A stretch of DNA of 64,000 nucleotides from Auanema rhodensis (taxonomy: Eukaryota; Animalia; Nematoda), in contig OZ059894.1 of NCBI GenBank assembly GCA_964057225.1, positions 5,394,001-5,458,000 of the forward strand. The letters run 5' to 3'. The notes beneath the pieces are model-generated. The model ran no database searches. It had not been told where the DNA came from and saw only the letters and a list, made by a program, of their open reading frames with translations. This document shows positions 26,501 through 41,020 of this stretch, in pieces (the first letter of the stretch is position 1; every line of letters begins with the position of its first letter). The position numbers and the translations under genes were made by a program.

Positions 26501-29480
26501 TTTTGTCAAAATGTTTTTGGAAGCAATGTTGAGTGTACATGGAAACTCAACATACACTAATGCATCATTTTTCAAACGATCATAACTAATTTTTGTATTG
26601 GACGTTTCCCAATGTATTATAGTGTATTTGATGCGGATTTTTAAGCTGCGTCGATCTGTGTTATCAGATTTGCGCTAACTTAAAAATGCACCGAGATATC
26701 AACTGATATAGGTTCACACTTATATCTTCGATTTTCACCCTGAAGAATTAATTTTTTCGTTGAATAACATTGTCCATCGTCTTCGCCTTGAAAAAAAAAT
26801 CTAAAAACATCTACTTTTTGTGAAATTATTTTGAAATTTTTCAGGAAAATTTTTGTCAAAATGTTTTTGGAAGCAATGTTGAGTGTACATGGAAACTCAA
26901 CATACACTAATGCATCATTTTTCAAACGATCATAACTAATTTTTGTATTGGACGTTTCCCAATGTATTATAGTGTATTCGATGCGGATTTTTAAGCTGCG
27001 TCGATCTGTGTTATCAGATTTGCGCTAACTTAAAAATGCACCGAGATATCAACTGATATAGGTTCACACTTATATCTTCGATTTTCACCCTGAAGAATTA
27101 ATTTTTTCGTTGAATAACATTGTCCATCGTCTTCGCCTCGAAAAAAAAATCTAAAAACATCTACTTTTTGTGAAATTATCTGGAAATTTTTCGGGAAATT
27201 TTTGTCAAAAAGTTTTTGGAAGCAACTTTGAGTGTACATGGAAACTCAACATACACTAATGCATCATTTTTCAAACGATCATAACTAATTTTTGTATTGG
27301 ACGTTTCCCAATGTATTATAGTGTATTCGATGCGGATTTTTAAGCTGCGTCGATTTGTGTTATCAGATTTGCGCTAACTTAAAAATGCACCGAGATATCA
27401 ACTGATATAGGTTCACACTTATATCTTCGATTTTCACCCTGAAGAATTAATTTTTTCGTTGAGTAACATTGTCCATCGTCTTCGCCTCGAAAAAAAAATC
27501 TAAAAACATCTACTTTTTGTGAAATTATCTGGAAATTTTTCGGGAAAATTTTTGTCAAAATGTTTTTGGAAGCAATGTTGAGTGTACATGGAAACTCAAC
27601 ATACACTAATGCATCATTTTTCAAACGATCATAACTATTTTTTGTATTCAGCGTTTCTCAATGTAACATAGTGCATTCGATGCGGATTTTTAAGCTGCGT
27701 CGATCTGTGTTATCAGATTTGCGCTAGCTTAAAAATGCACCGAGATATCAACTGATATAGGTTCACACTTATATCTTCGATTTTCACCCTGAAGAATTAA
27801 TTTTTTCGTTGAATACCATTGTCCATCGTCTTCGCCTTAAAAGAAAAATCTAAAAACATCTACTTTTTGTGAAATTATCTGGAAATTTTTCGGGAAAATT
27901 TTTGTCAAAATGTTTTTGGAAGCAATGTTGAGTGTACATGGAAACTCAACATACACTAATGCATCATTTTTCAAACGATCATAACTAATTTTTGTATTGG
28001 ACGTTTCCCAATGTATTATAGTGTATTCGATGCGGATTTTTAAGCTGCGTCGATCTGTGTTATCAGATTTGCGCTAACTTAAAAATGCACCGAGATATCA
28101 ACTGATATAGGTTCACACTTATATCTTCGATTTTCACCCTGAAGAATTAATTTTTTCGTTGAATAACATTGTCCATCGTCTTCGCCTCGAAAAAAAAATC
28201 TAAAAACATCTACTTTTTGTGAAATTATCTGGAAATTTTTCGGGAAATTTTTGTCAAAAAGTTTTTGGAAGCAACTTTGAGTGTACATGGAAACTCAACA
28301 TACACTAATGCATCATTTTTCAAACGATCATAACTAAGTTTTGTATTGGACGTTTCCCAATGTATTATAGTGTATTCGATGCGGATTTTTAAGCTGCGTC
28401 GATTTGTGTTATCAGATTTGCGCTAACTTAAAAATGCACCGAGATATCAACTGATATAGGTTCACACTTATATCTTCGATTTTCACCCTGAAGAATTAAT
28501 TTTTTCGTTGAGTAACATTGTCCATCGTCTTCGCCTCGAAAAAAAAATCTAAAAACATCTACTTTTTGTGAAATTATCTGGAAATTTTTCGGGAAAATTT
28601 TTGTCAAAATGTTTTTGGAAGCAATGTTGAGTGTACATGGAAACTCAACATACACTAATGCATCATTTTTCAAACGATCATAACTAATTTTTGTATTCAG
28701 CGTTTCTCAATGTAACATAGTGCATTCGATGCGGATTTTTAAGCTGCGTCGATCTGTGTTATCAGATTTGCGCTAGCTTAAAAATGCACCGAGATATCAA
28801 CTGATATAGGTTCACACTTATATCTTCGATTTTCACCCTGAAGAATTAATTTTTTCGTTGAATACCATTGTCCATCGTCTTCGCCTTAAAAGAAAAATCT
28901 AAAAACATCTACTTTTTGTGAAATTATCTGGAAATTTTTCGGGAAAATTTTTGTCAAAATGTTTTTGGAAGCAATGTTGAGTGTACATGGAAACTCAACA
29001 TACACTAATGCATCATTTTTCAAACGATCATAACTAATTTTTGTATTGGACGTTTCCCAATGTATTATAGTGTATTCGATGCGGATTTTTAAGCTGCGTC
29101 GATCTGTGTTATCAGATTTGCGCTAGCTTAAAAATGCACCGAGATATCAACTGATATAGGTTCACACATATATCTTCGATTTTCACCCTGAAGAATTAAT
29201 TTTTTCGTTGAATAACATTGTCCATCGTCTTCGCCTCGAAAAAAAAATCTAAAAACATCTACTTTTTGTGAAATTATCTGGAAATTTTTCGGGAAATTTT
29301 TGTCAAAAAGTTTTTGGAAGCAACTTTGAGTGTACATGGAAACTCAACATACACTAATGCATCATTTTTCAAACGATCATAACTAATTTTTGTATTGGAC
29401 GTTTCCCAATGTATTATAGTGTATTCGATGCGGATTCTTAAGCTGCGTCGATCTGTGTTATCAGATTTGCGCTAACTTAA
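23530..29480. repeat. Satellite B 6-mer (2098 bp) tandem duplication followed by 3-mer (1049 bp) repeats
   Basis: Variant-matched ORFs 23882/25980, 24232/26330, 24582/26680, 24932/27030 and 25281/27379 are all offset by 2098. ORFs 27030/28079/29128 are offset by 1049. The marker ttgagtaac was seen only in this region. Confidence 0.85.
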
Positions 29481-32400
29481 AAATGCACCGAGATATCAAC
29501 TGATATAGGTTCACACTTATATCTTCGATTTTCACCCTGAAGAATTAATTTTTTCGTTGAATAACATTGTCCATCGTCTTCGCCTTGAAAAAAAAATCTA
29601 AAAACATCTACTTTTTGTGAAATTATCTGGAAATTTTTCGGGAAAATTTTTGTCAAAATGTTTTTGGAAGCAATGTTGAGTGTACATGGAAACTCAACAT
29701 ACACTAATGCATCATTTTTCAAACGATCATAACTAATTTTTGTATTCAGCGTTTCTCAATGTAACATAGTGCATTCGATGCGGATTTTTAAGCTGCGTCG
29801 ATCTGTGTTATCAGATTTGCGCTAACTTAAAAATGCACCGAGATATCAACTGATATAAGTTCACACTTATATCTTCGATTTTCACCCTGAAGAATTAATT
29901 TTTTCGTTGAATAACATTGTCCATCGTCTTCGCCTCGAAAAAAAAATCTAAAAACATCTACTTTTTGTGAAATTATCTGGAAATTTTTCGGGAAAATTTT
30001 TGTCAAAATGTTTTTGGAAGCAATGTTGAGTGTACATGGAAACTCAACATACACTAATGCATCATTTTTCAAACGATCATAACTAATTTTTGTATTCAGC
30101 GTTTCTCAATGTAACATAGTGCATTCGATGCGGATTTTTAAGCTGCGTCGATATGTGTTATCAGATTTGCGCTAGCTTAAAAATGCACCGAGATATCAAC
30201 TGATATAGGTTCACACTTATATCTTCGATTTTCACCCTGAAGAATTAATTTTTTCGTTGAATACCATTGTCCATCGTCTTCGCCTTAAAAGAAAAATCTA
30301 AAAACATCTACTTTTTGTGAAATTATCTGGAAATTTTTCGGGAAAATTTTTGTCAAAAAGTTTTTGGAAGCAATTTTGAGTGTACATGGAAACTCAACAT
30401 ACACTAATGCATCATTTTTCAAACAATCATAACTAATTTTTGTATTAAGCGTTTTTCAATGTGACGTAGTGCATTCGATGCGGAATTTTAAGCTGCGTCG
30501 ATTTGTGTTATCAGATGTGCGCTAACTTAAGAATGCACCGAGATATCAACTGATATAAGTTCACACATATATCCTCGATTTTCACCCTGAAGAATTAATT
30601 TTTTCGTTGAATAACATTGTCCATCGCCTTCGCCTTGAAGAAAGGAATCTAAAAACATCTACTTTTTGTAAAATTATTTTGAACTTTTCGGGAAAATTTT
30701 TGTCAAAATGTTTTTGGAAGCAATTTTGAGTGTACATGGAAACTCAACATACACTAATGCATCATTTTTCAAACGATCATAACTAATTTTTGTATTGGAC
30801 GTTTCCCAATGTATTATAGTGTATTCGATGCGGATTTTTAAGCTGCGTCGATCTGTGTTATCAGATTTGCGCTAACTTAAAAATGCACCGAGATATCAAC
30901 TGATATAGGTTCACACTTATATCTTCGATTTTCACCCTGAAGAATTAATTTTTTCGTTGAATACCATTGTCCATCGTCTTCGCCTTAAAAGAAAAATCTA
31001 AAAACATCTACTTTTTGTGAAATTATCTGGAAATTTTTCGGGAAAATTTTTGTCAAAAAGTTTTTGGAAGCAATTTTGAGTGTACATGGAAACTCAACAT
31101 ACACTAATGCATCATTTTTCAAACGATCATAACTAATTTTTGTATTAAGCGTTTTTCAATGTGACGTAGTGCATTCGATGCGGAATTTTAAGCTGCGTCG
31201 ATTTGTGTTATCAGATGTGCGCTAACTTAAGAATGCACCGAGATATCAACTGATATAAGTTCACACATATATCCTCGATTTTCACCCTGAAGAATTAATT
31301 TTTTCGTTGAATAACATTGTCCATCGCCTTCGCCTTGAAGAAAGGAATCTAAAAACATCTACTTTTTGTAAAATTATTTTGAACTTTTCGGGAAAATTTT
31401 TGTCAAAATGTTTTTGGAAGCAATTTTGAGTGTACATGGAAACTCAACATACACTAATGCATCATTTTTCAAACGATCATAACTAATTTTTGTATTGGAC
31501 GTTTCCCAATGTATTATAGTGTATTCGATGCGGATTTTTAAGCTGCGTCGATCTGTGTTATCAGATTTGCGCTAACTTAAAAATGCACCGAGATATCAAC
31601 TGATATAGGTTCACACTTATATCTTCGATTTTCACCCTGAAGAATTAATTTTTTCGTTGAATACCATTGTCCATCGTCTTCGCCTTAAAAGAAAAATCTA
31701 AAAACATCTACTTTTTGTGAAATTATCTGGAAATTTTTCGGGAAAATTTTTGTCAAAAAGTTTTTGGAAGCAATTTTGAGTGTACATGGAAACTCAACAT
31801 ACACTAATGCATCATTTTTCAAACGATCATAACTAATTTTTGTATTAAGCGTTTCTCAATGTGACGTAGTGCATTCGATGCGGAATTTTAAGCTGCGTCG
31901 ATTTGTGTTATCAGATGTGCGCTAACTTAAGAATGCACCGAGATATCAACTGATATAAGTTCACACATATATCCTCGATTTTCACCCTGAAGAATTAATT
32001 TTTTCGTTGAATAACATTGTCCATCGTCTTCGCCTCGAAAAAAAAATCTAAAAACATCTACTTTTTGTAAAATTATTTTGAACTTTTCGGGAAAATTTTT
32101 GTCAAAATGTTTTTGGAAGCAATTTTGAGTGTACATGGAAACTCAACATACACTAATGCATCATTTTTCAAACGATCATAACTAATTTTTGTATTAAGCG
32201 TTTTTCAATGTGACGTAGTGCATTCGATGCGGAATTTTAAGCTGCGTCGATTTGTGTTATCAGATTTGCGCTCACTTAAAAATGCACCGAGATATCAACT
32301 GATATAGGTTCACACTTATATCTTCGATTTTCACCCTGAAGAATTAATTTTTTCGTTGAATAACATTGTCCATCGTCTTCGCCTTGAAAAAAGGAATCTA

Positions 32401-32589
32401 AAAACATCTACTTTTTGTAAAATTATTTTGAACTTTTCGGGAAAATTTTTGTCAAAATGTTTTTGGAAGCAATTTTGAGTGTACATGGAAACTCAACATA
32501 CACTAATGCATCATTTTTCAAACGATCATAACTAATTTTTGTATTGGACGTTTCCCAATGTATTATAGTGTATTCAATGCGGATTTTTA

Positions 32590-35500
32590 AGCTGCGTCGA
32601 TCTGTGTTATCAGATTTGCGCTAACTTAAAAATGCACCGAGATATCAACTGATATAGGTTCACACTTATATCTTCGATTTTCACCCTGAAGAATTAATTT
32701 TTTCGTTGAATACCATTGTCCATCGTCTTCGCCTTAAAAGAAAAATCTAAAAACATCTACTTTTTGTGAAATTATCTGGAAATTTTTCGGGAAAATTTTT
32801 GTCAAAAAGTTTTTGGAAGCAATTTTGAGTGTACATGGAAACTCAACATACACTAATGCATCATTTTTCAAACGATCATAACTAATTTTTGTATTAAGCG
32901 TTTCTCAATGTGACGTAGTGCATTCGATGCGGAATTTTAAGCTGCGTCGATTTGTGTTATCAGATGTGCGCTAACTTAAGAATGCACCGAGATATCAACT
33001 GATATAAGTTCACACATATATCCTCGATTTTCACCCTGAAGAATTAATTTTTTCGTTGAATAACATTGTCCATCGTCTTCGCCTCAAAAAAAAAATCTAA
33101 AAACATCTACTTTTTGTAAAATTATTTTGAACTTTTCGGGAAAATTTTTGTCAAAATGTTTTTGGAAGCAATTTTGAGTGTACATGGAAACTCAACATAC
33201 ACTAATGCATCATTTTTCAAACGATCATAACTAATTTTTGTTTTGGACGTTTCCCAATGTATTATAGTGTATTCGATGCGGATTTTTAAGCTGCGTCGAT
33301 CTGTGTTATCAGATTTGCGCTCACTTAAAAATGCACCGAGATATCAACTGATATAGGTTCACACTTATATCTTCGATTTTCACCCTGAAGAATTAATTTT
33401 TTCGTTGAATAACATTGTCCATCGTCTTCGCCTCGAAAAAAAAATCTAAAAACATCTACTTTTTGTGAAATTATCTGGAAATTTTTCGGGAAATTTTTGT
33501 CAAAAAGTTTTTGGAAGCAACTTTGAGTGTACATGGAAACTCTACATACACTAATGCATCATTTTTCAAACAATCATAACTAATTTTTGTATTGGACGTT
33601 TCCCAATGTATTATAGTGTATTCGATGCGGATTTTTAAGCTGCGTCGATCTGTGTTATCAGATTTGCGCTATCTTAAAAATGCACCGAGATATCAACTGA
33701 TATATGTTCACACTTATATCTTCGATTTTCACCCTGAAGAATTAATTTTTTCGTTGAATAACATTGTCCATCGTCTTCGCCTCGAAAAAAAAATCTAAAA
33801 ACATCTACTTTTTGTGAAATTATCTGGAAATTTTTCGGGAAATTTTTGTCAAAAAGTTTTTGGAAGCAACTTTGAGTGCACATGGAAACTCAACATACAC
33901 TAATGCATCATTTTTCAAACGATCATAACTAATTTTTGTATTGGACGTTTCCCAATGTATTATAGTGTATTCGATGCGGATTTTTAAGCTGCGTCGATCT
34001 GTGTTATCAGATTTGCGCTAACTTAAAAATGCACCGAGATATCAACTGATATAGGTTCACACTTATATCTTCGATTTTCACCCTGAAGAATTAATTTTTT
34101 CGTTGAATAACATTGTCCATCGTCTTCGCCTCGAAAAAAAAAATCTAAAAACATCTACTTTTTGTGAAATTATCTTTAAATTTTTCGGGAAATTTTTGTC
34201 AAAAAGTTTTTGGAAGCAACTTTGAGTGTACATGGAAACTCAACATACACTAATGCATCATTTTTCAAACGATCATAACTAATTTTTGTATTGGACGTTT
34301 CCCAATGTATTATAGTGTATTCGATGCGGATTTTTAAGCTGCGTCGATCTGTGTTATCAGATTTGCGCTAACTTAAAAATGCACCGAGATATCAACTGAT
34401 ATAGGTTCACACTTATATCTTCGATTTTCACCCTGAAGAATTAATTTTTTCGTTGAATAACATTGTCCATCGTCTTCGCCTCGAAAAAAAAATCTAAAAA
34501 CATCTACTTTTTGTGAAATTATCTGGAAATTTTTCGGGAAATTTTTGTCAAAAAGTTTTTGGAAGCAACTTTGAGTGTACATGGAAACTCAACATACACT
34601 AATGCATCATTTTTCAAACAATCATAACTAATTTTTGTATTGGACGTTTCCCAATGTATTGTAGTGTATTCGATGCGGATTTTTAAGCTGCGTCGATCTG
34701 TGTTATCAGATTTGCGCTATCTTAAAAATGCACCGAGATATCAACTGATATATGTTCACACTTATATCTTCGATTTTCACCCTGAAGAATTAATTTTTTC
34801 GTTGAATAACATTGTCCATCGTCTTCGCCTCGAAAAAAAAATCTAAAAACATCTACTTTTTGTGAAATTATCTGGAAATTTTTCGGGAAATTTTTGTCAA
34901 AAAGTTTTTGGAAGCAACTTTGAGTGCACATGGAAACTCAACATACACTAATGCATCATTTTTCAAACGATCATAACTAATTTTTGTATTGGACGTTTCC
35001 CAATGTATTATAGTGTATTCGATGCGGATTTTTAAGCTGCGTCGATCTGTGTTATCAGATTTGCGCTAACTTAAAAATGCACCGAGATATCAACTGATAT
35101 AGGTTCACACTTATATCTTCGATTTTCACCCTGAAGAATTAATTTTTTCGTTGAATAACATTGTCCATCGTCTTCGCCTCGAAAAAAAAAATCTAAAAAC
35201 ATCTACTTTTTGTGAAATTATCTTTAAATTTTTCGGGAAATTTTTGTCAAAAAGTTTTTGGAAGCAACTTTGAGTGTACATGGAAACTCAACATACACTA
35301 ATGCATCATTTTTCAAACGATCATAACTAATTTTTGTATTGGACGTTTCCCAATGTATTATAGTGTATTCGATGCGGATTTTTAAGCTGCGTCGATCTGT
35401 GTTATCAGATTTGCGCTAACTTAAAAATGCACCGAGATATCAACTGATATAGGTTCACACTTATATCTTCGATTTTCACCCTGAAGAATTAATTTTTTCG

Positions 35501-38500
35501 TTGAATAACATTGTCCATCGTCTTCGCCTTGAAAAAAAAATCTAAAAACATCTACTTTTTGTGAAATTATTTTGAAATTTTTCAGGAAAATTTTTGTCAA
35601 AATGTTTTTGGAAGCAATGTTGAGTGTACATGGAAACTCAACATACACTAATGCATCATTTTTCAAACGATCATAACTAATTTTTGTATTGGACGTTTCC
35701 CAATGTATTAAAGTGTATTCGATGCGGATTTTTAAGCTGCGTCGATCTGTGTTATCAGATTTGCGCTAACTTAAAAATGCACCGAGATATCAACTGATAT
35801 AGGTTCACACTTATATCTTCGATTTTCACCCTGAAGAATTAATTTTTTCGTTGAATAACATTGTCCATCGTCTTCGCCTTGAAAAAAAAATCTAAAAACA
35901 TCTACTTTTTGTGAAATTATTTTGAAATTTTTCAGGAAAATTTTTGTCAAAATGTTTTTGGAAGCAATGTTGAGTGTACATGGAAACTCAACATACACTA
36001 ATGCATCATTTTTCAAACGATCATAACTAATTTTTGTATTGGACGTTTCCCAATGTATTATAGTGTATTCGATGCGGATTTTTAAGCTGCGTCGATCTGT
36101 GTTATCAGATTTGCGCTAACTTAAAAATGCACCGAGATATCAACTGATATAGGTTCACACTTATATCTTCGATTTTCACCCTGAAGAATTAATTTTTTCG
36201 TTGAATACCATTGTCCATCGTCTTCGCCTTAAAAGAAAAATCTAAAAACATCTACTTTTTGTGAAATTATCTGGAAATTTTTCGGGAAAATTTTTGTCAA
36301 AAAGTTTTTGGAAGCAATTTTGAGTGTACATGGAAACTCAACATACACTAATGCATCATTTTTCAAACGATCATAACTAATTTTTGTATTAAGCGTTTCT
36401 CAATGTGACGTAGTGCATTCGATGCGGAATTTTAAGCTGCGTCGATTTGTGTTATCAGATGTGCGCTAACTTAAGAATGCACCGAGATATCAACTGATAT
36501 AAGTTCACACATATATCCTCGATTTTCACCCTGAAGAATTAATTTTTTCGTTGAATAACATTGTCCATCGTCTTCGCCTCAAAAAAAAAATCTAAAAACA
36601 TCTACTTTTTGTAAAATTATTTTGAACTTTTCGGGAAAATTTTTGTCAAAATGTTTTTGGAAGCAATTTTGAGTGTACATGGAAACTCAACATACACTAA
36701 TGCATCATTTTTCAAACGATCATAACTAATTTTTGTTTTGGACGTTTCCCAATGTATTATAGTGTATTCGATGCGGATTTTTAAGCTGCGTCGATCTGTG
36801 TTATCAGATTTGCGCTCACTTAAAAATGCACCGAGATATCAACTGATATAGGTTCACACTTATATCTTCGATTTTCACCCTGAAGAATTAATTTTTTCGT
36901 TGAATAACATTGTCCATCGTCTTCGCCTCGAAAAAAAAATCTAAAAACATCTACTTTTTGTGAAATTATCTGGAAATTTTTCGGGAAATTTTTGTCAAAA
37001 AGTTTTTGGAAGCAACTTTGAGTGTACATGGAAACTCTACATACACTAATGCATCATTTTTCAAACAATCATAACTAATTTTTGTATTGGACGTTTCCCA
37101 ATGTATTATAGTGTATTCGATGCGGATTTTTAAGCTGCGTCGATCTGTGTTATCAGATTTGCGCTATCTTAAAAATGCACCGAGATATCAACTGATATAT
37201 GTTCACACTTATATCTTCGATTTTCACCCTGAAGAATTAATTTTTTCGTTGAATAACATTGTCCATCGTCTTCGCCTCGAAAAAAAAATCTAAAAACATC
37301 TACTTTTTGTGAAATTATCTGGAAATTTTTCGGGAAATTTTTGTCAAAAAGTTTTTGGAAGCAACTTTGAGTGCACATGGAAACTCAACATACACTAATG
37401 CATCATTTTTCAAACGATCATAACTAATTTTTGTATTGGACGTTTCCCAATGTATTATAGTGTATTCGATGCGGATTTTTAAGCTGCGTCGATCTGTGTT
37501 ATCAGATTTGCGCTAACTTAAAAATGCACCGAGATATCAACTGATATAGGTTCACACTTATATCTTCGATTTTCACCCTGAAGAATTAATTTTTTCGTTG
37601 AATAACATTGTCCATCGTCTTCGCCTCGAAAAAAAAAATCTAAAAACATCTACTTTTTGTGAAATTATCTTTAAATTTTTCGGGAAATTTTTGTCAAAAA
37701 GTTTTTGGAAGCAACTTTGAGTGTACATGGAAACTCAACATACACTAATGCATCATTTTTCAAACGATCATAACTAATTTTTGTATTGGACGTTTCCCAA
37801 TGTATTATAGTGTATTCGATGCGGATTTTTAAGCTGCGTCGATCTGTGTTATCAGATTTGCGCTAACTTAAAAATGCACCGAGATATCAACTGATATAGG
37901 TTCACACTTATATCTTCGATTTTCACCCTGAAGAATTAATTTTTTCGTTGAATAACATTGTCCATCGTCTTCGCCTCGAAAAAAAAATCTAAAAACATCT
38001 ACTTTTTGTGAAATTATCTGGAAATTTTTCGGGAAATTTTTGTCAAAAAGTTTTTGGAAGCAACTTTGAGTGTACATGGAAACTCAACATACACTAATGC
38101 ATCATTTTTCAAACAATCATAACTAATTTTTGTATTGGACGTTTCCCAATGTATTGTAGTGTATTCGATGCGGATTTTTAAGCTGCGTCGATCTGTGTTA
38201 TCAGATTTGCGCTATCTTAAAAATGCACCGAGATATCAACTGATATATGTTCACACTTATATCTTCGATTTTCACCCTGAAGAATTAATTTTTTCGTTGA
38301 ATAACATTGTCCATCGTCTTCGCCTCGAAAAAAAAATCTAAAAACATCTACTTTTTGTGAAATTATCTGGAAATTTTTCGGGAAATTTTTGTCAAAAAGT
38401 TTTTGGAAGCAACTTTGAGTGCACATGGAAACTCAACATACACTAATGCATCATTTTTCAAACGATCATAACTAATTTTTGTATTGGACGTTTCCCAATG

Positions 38501-39800
38501 TATTATAGTGTATTCGATGCGGATTTTTAAGCTGCGTCGATCTGTGTTATCAGATTTGCGCTAACTTAAAAATGCACCGAGATATCAACTGATATAGGTT
38601 CACACTTATATCTTCGATTTTCACCCTGAAGAATTAATTTTTTCGTTGAATAACATTGTCCATCGTCTTCGCCTCGAAAAAAAAAATCTAAAAACATCTA
38701 CTTTTTGTGAAATTATCTTTAAATTTTTCGGGAAATTTTTGTCAAAAAGTTTTTGGAAGCAACTTTGAGTGTACATGGAAACTCAACATACACTAATGCA
38801 TCATTTTTCAAACGATCATAACTAATTTTTGTATTGGACGTTTCCCAATGTATTATAGTGTATTCGATGCGGATTTTTAAGCTGCGTCGATCTGTGTTAT
38901 CAGATTTGCGCTAACTTAAAAATGCACCGAGATATCAACTGATATAGGTTCACACTTATATCTTCGATTTTCACCCTGAAGAATTAATTTTTTCGTTGAA
39001 TAACATTGTCCATCGTCTTCGCCTTGAAAAAAAAATCTAAAAACATCTACTTTTTGTGAAATTATTTTGAAATTTTTCAGGAAAATTTTTGTCAAAATGT
39101 TTTTGGAAGCAATGTTGAGTGTACATGGAAACTCAACATACACTAATGCATCATTTTTCAAACGATCATAACTAATTTTTGTATTGGACGTTTCCCAATG
39201 TATTAAAGTGTATTCGATGCGGATTTTTAAGCTGCGTCGATCTGTGTTATCAGATTTGCGCTAACTTAAAAATGCACCGAGATATCAACTGATATAGGTT
39301 CACACTTATATCTTCGATTTTCACCCTGAAGAATTAATTTTTTCGTTGAATAACATTGTCCATCGTCTTCGCCTTGAAAAAAAAATCTAAAAACATCTAC
39401 TTTTTGTGAAATTATTTTGAAATTTTTCAGGAAAATTTTTGTCAAAATGTTTTTGGAAGCAATGTTGAGTGTACATGGAAACTCAACATACACTAATGCA
39501 TCATTTTTCAAACGATCATAACTAATTTTTGTATTGGACGTTTCCCAATGTATTATAGTGTATTCGATGCGGATTTTTAAGCTGCGTCGATCTGTGTTAT
39601 CAGATTTGCGCTAACTTAAAAATGCACCGAGATATCAACTGATATAGGTTCACACTTATATCTTCGATTTTCACCCTGAAGAATTAATTTTTTCGTTGAA
39701 TAACATTGTCCATCGTCTTCGCCTTGAAAAAAAAATCTAAAAACATCTACTTTTTGTGAAATTATTTTGAAATTTTTCAGGAAAATTTTTGTCAAAATGT
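32590..39800. repeat. Satellite B 10-mer (3495 bp) tandem duplication with a nested 3-mer (1048 bp) duplication
   Basis: ORFs 33325/36820, 33592/37087, 34373/37868, 34640/38135, 35421/38916 and 35771/39266 are all offset by 3495. Private SNPs actctacatac (~33541/37036) and tattgtagtg (~34661/38156) match. Confidence 0.92.
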
Positions 39801-40235
39801 TTTTGGAAGCAATAATGAGTGTACATGGAAACTCAACATACACTAATGCATCATTTTTCAAACGATCATAACTAATTTTTGTATTGGACGTTTCCCAATG
39901 TATTAAAGTGTATTCGATGCGGATTTTTAAGCTGCGTCGATCTGTGTTATCAGATTTGCGCTAACTTAAAAATGCACCGAGATATCAACTGATATAGGTT
40001 CACACTTATATCTTCGATTTTCACCCTGAAGAATTAATTTTTTCGTTGAATAACATTGTCCATCGTCTTCGCCTTGAAAAAAAAATCTAAAAACATCTAC
40101 TTTTTGTGAAATTATTTTGAAATTTTTCAGGAAAATTTTTGTCAAAATGTTTTTGGAAGCAATGTTGAGTGTACATGGAAACTCAACATACACTAATGCA
40201 TCATTTTTCAAACGATCATAACTAATTTTTGTATT

Positions 40236-41020
40236 AATCGTTCCTCAATGTAGTATAGTGCATTCGATGCGGATTTTTAAGCTGCGTCGATCTGTGTTAT
40301 CAGATTTGCGCTAGCTTAAAAATGCACCGAGATATCAACTGATATAAGTTCACACTTATATCCTTGATTTTCACCCTGAAGAATTAATTTTTTCGTTGAA
40401 TAACATTGTCCATCGTCTTTGCCTTGAAAAAAGGAATCTAAAAACATCTACTTTTTGCTAAATTATTTTGAAATTTTTCGAAAAAATTTTTGTCAAAATG
40501 TTTTTGGAAGCTATGTTGAGTGTACATGGAAACTCAACATACACTAATGCATCATTTTTCAAACGATCATAACTAATTTTTGTATTAAGCGTTCCTCAAT
40601 GTAGTATAGTGCATTCGATGCGGATTTTTAAGCTGCGTCGATCTGTGTTATCAGATTTGCGCTAGCTTAAAAATGCACCGAGATATCAACTGATATAAGT
40701 TCACACTTATATCCTTGATTTTCACCCTGAAGAATTAATTTTTTCGTTGAATAACATTGTCCATCGTCTTTGCCTTGAAAAAAGGAATCTAAAAACATCT
40801 ACTTTTTGCTAAATTATTTTGAAATTTTTCGAAAAAATTTTTGTCAAAATGTTTTTGGAAGCTATGTTGAGTGTACATGGAAACTCAACATACACTTATG
40901 CATCATTTTTCAAACGATCATAACTAATTTTTGTATTAAGCGTTCCTCAATGTAGTATAGTGCATTCGATGCGGATTTCCAAGCTGCGTCGATCTGTGTT
41001 ATCAGATTTGCGCTAGCTTA
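40236..41020. repeat. Island of about 2.2 divergent satellite B monomers
   Basis: Variants seen only here: gttcctcaatgtagtatagtgc, tccttgatt, gtctttgcc, ttttgctaaatt, tttcgaaaaaattt, gaagctatg, cacttatg, ggatttccaag. Confidence 0.9.

Noticed and set aside
33690-33725. Compensatory covariation in the gatataNg/cNtatatc hairpin
   Set aside because: The complementary alleles gatatatg and catatatc both exist but were not seen in the same monomer, so the variants break rather than preserve pairing.
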